NCBI GenBank assembly: GCA_041390625.1
Contig: JAWKPM010000006.1
Coordinates: 69,131-133,130, forward strand
Length of the DNA: 64,000 nucleotides
Direction of reading: 5' to 3'
Origin: Dehalococcoidia bacterium
GTDB taxonomy: Bacteria > Chloroflexota > Dehalococcoidia > UBA2979
Part shown: piece after piece, positions 63,719 to 64,000 of the stretch
Layout of the letters: the number at the start of each line of letters is the position of its first letter
How positions within the stretch are numbered: position 1 is the first letter of the stretch
Position numbers and translations under genes: made by a program
The notes under the pieces: generated by a model
The model's input: the letters and a program-made list of their open reading frames with translations, nothing else
The model's database searches: none
Told to the model about the DNA's origin: nothing

Positions 63719-63936
63719 CCGTCGAGTATCGCCTGATCTGGCGCTTGCGGTGGAGGGTCGTTCGGCTCGTAGCCAACGCAGGCGAGCACGGGGATCGCCG
63801 GGTAGCGCCGGAAGCGCGGGTCGACGTCGGAGCGGCCGCAACGCCAGAACCTCGAGCCGCGGGCGGACTCGACGACCGAGGCCCAGCGGCACGACTCGCA
63901 GAGGCCGGCGGGGGTTGCGGGGCGCGCGCCGGTCAC
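63715..63936 (-). CDS. Small Cys-rich protein translationally coupled to the truncated haemoglobin
   Basis: 73 aa. CESC...C...C, four Cys. Its stop overlaps the haemoglobin ATG (ATGA). GTG start without an obvious RBS. Confidence 0.35.
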   Translation of the reverse strand: MTGARPATPAGLCESCRWASVVESARGSRFWRCGRSDVDPRFRRYPAIPVLACVGYEPNDPPPQAPDQAILDG

Positions 63937-64000
63937 TGGGGGCCGCGCGCTACCATCGACGCGGTCCCGACCGTGTGGCGACCGAGGTGAGGAGCTCTTC

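Overview
This is a very high-GC (roughly 70%) bacterial chromosomal segment. GTG starts and 4-nt ATGA/GTGA gene overlaps are frequent, and an F420-type luciferase-like oxidoreductase, an HbO-type truncated haemoglobin and an Eis-like GNAT suggest a high-GC Gram-positive (Actinobacteria-like) lineage. The window opens inside the 3' end of rpoC and carries about 65 genes that I can support: glutamate dehydrogenase, several GNAT acetyltransferases, a chagasin-family peptidase inhibitor, a TIGR03960-type radical SAM protein, a siderophore/B12-type ABC importer with two binding proteins, recF, one tRNA-Arg, and housekeeping enzymes. Most of the six-frame ORFs are overlapping antisense artefacts of the high GC content and I ignore them. 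Features outside the core annotation are ranked below, with the RiPP-like locus treated as the most novel.
1. RiPP-like locus (12.3-17.1 kb): a PqqD-family RiPP-recognition peptide with an ABC exporter, convergent with a minus-strand operon encoding a PF14907-like nucleotidyltransferase, an S24/S26 GDSM peptidase, an unannotated 35-codon ORF (GTG start, AGGAGG RBS, followed by a perfect 12-bp stem-loop) and an HprK-like P-loop kinase. No lasso cyclase or lanthionine enzymes are present.
2. A contiguous archaeal-style nurA-herA-sbcD(mre11)-sbcC(rad50) operon (23.3-30.3 kb) lying downstream of a low-GC islet next to the tRNA-Arg.
3. A roughly 80-bp hairpin-forming intergenic repeat present in five copies, each at a gene 3' end.
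4. A response regulator, an 818-aa low-complexity protein and a GAF histidine kinase in tandem.
5. A ChlI-like AAA+ ATPase paired with a VWA protein.
6. Several small, translationally coupled ORFs.
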